A stretch of DNA of 63,987 bases, counting the filler, from Octopus bimaculoides (lineage: Eukaryota): NCBI RefSeq assembly GCF_001194135.2. It is 6 parts of 6 records of this genome, joined end to end, with 100 filler letters (N's around TTAATTAATTAA, not from the genome) between each part and the next. Parts side by side here need not be neighbours in the genome. Positions count along the whole stretch, not along the records: positions 62,169 to 63,987 come from NW_026399116.1; 5 more parts are not named here. The stretch is one strand, 5' to 3'. A model generated the notes under the pieces. The model was not told the DNA's origin. It was given only the letters and a program-made list of their open reading frames with translations, and ran no database searches. Both the position numbers and the translations under genes were made by a program. This document shows, one piece after another, positions 63,643 to 63,987 of this stretch (within the stretch, counting starts at the first letter, position 1; every line of letters starts with the position of its first letter).

Positions 63643-63924
63643 ATGGCACCAAAGTGGGAAAAGAAAGAGTTAGATCTTCTGTTGCGAGCAAATATGATTG
63701 CTAGTGGCGATCCCCCAAACAACATCATCACTGCTGCACTGAAGAATAATGGCTTTCACAGAACCACTGAACAGATAGAGCGGAAGCACAATGAATTCCT
63801 CCGTTCGTATGCACTCATCAGACCACACATGGACACCCTAGATGTCATAATCGAAAACCATTGTGGAAAGGCTGATAAGGATGGAGAGGAGGAAAAGAAA
63901 AAAAACACCCGGAAGTCTCTCTGA
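63643..63924 (+). CDS. Myb/SANT-like (trihelix-type) DNA-binding domain protein, 93 aa as read (may be spliced or partial)
   Basis: KWEKKELDLLL...IITAALKNNGFHRTTEQIERKHNEFLRSY fits the W..E...LL...I...L...GF.RT..Q...K...L...Y pattern; AAGATGG start context; K/E-rich tail. Confidence 0.7.
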   Translation: MAPKWEKKELDLLLRANMIASGDPPNNIITAALKNNGFHRTTEQIERKHNEFLRSYALIRPHMDTLDVIIENHCGKADKDGEEEKKKNTRKSL

Positions 63925-63987
63925 CCCAGTGGCTCCCCAAAAGAATGGATCACCCACTCCTATGAACAACCAGGCAGAAAAGGATAG

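Overview
AT-rich, microsatellite-saturated and gap-ridden eukaryotic scaffold, almost certainly an octopus (inferred from the tRNA-SINE families, the tandem C2H2 zinc-finger genes and the N-TTAATTAATTAA-N scaffold joins). Genes: three effector-less C2H2-ZNF arrays (9415-10536 +, 12 fingers, one premature TGA; 14406-15440 -, 11 fingers; 23961-25202 -, 13 fingers), a pogo/CENP-B-type DNA-binding ORF with no DDE domain and a 7-aa repeat tail (17595-18590 -), the catalytic exon of a CHST8-14/HNK-1-type sulfotransferase (27120-28268 -), and a 93-aa Myb/SANT-like (trihelix) ORF (63643-63924 +). The rest is decayed TEs (RTE, CR1-group, Penelope-like, Tc1), three SINE families, several MITEs and a modular TGACC-rich repeat region (55-61 kb) containing a mirror-image inversion. 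The strongest leads are the in-frame DDE-less pogo derivative, a 105-bp fold-back 26 nt past a ZNF stop codon whose four mismatches are all A-C on the gene strand, a ZNF silenced by a single nonsense codon, and a palindromic upstream motif conserved between two ZNF paralogues. Most short six-frame ORFs are microsatellite or gap artefacts. All family assignments come from motif recognition by eye, not database searches.
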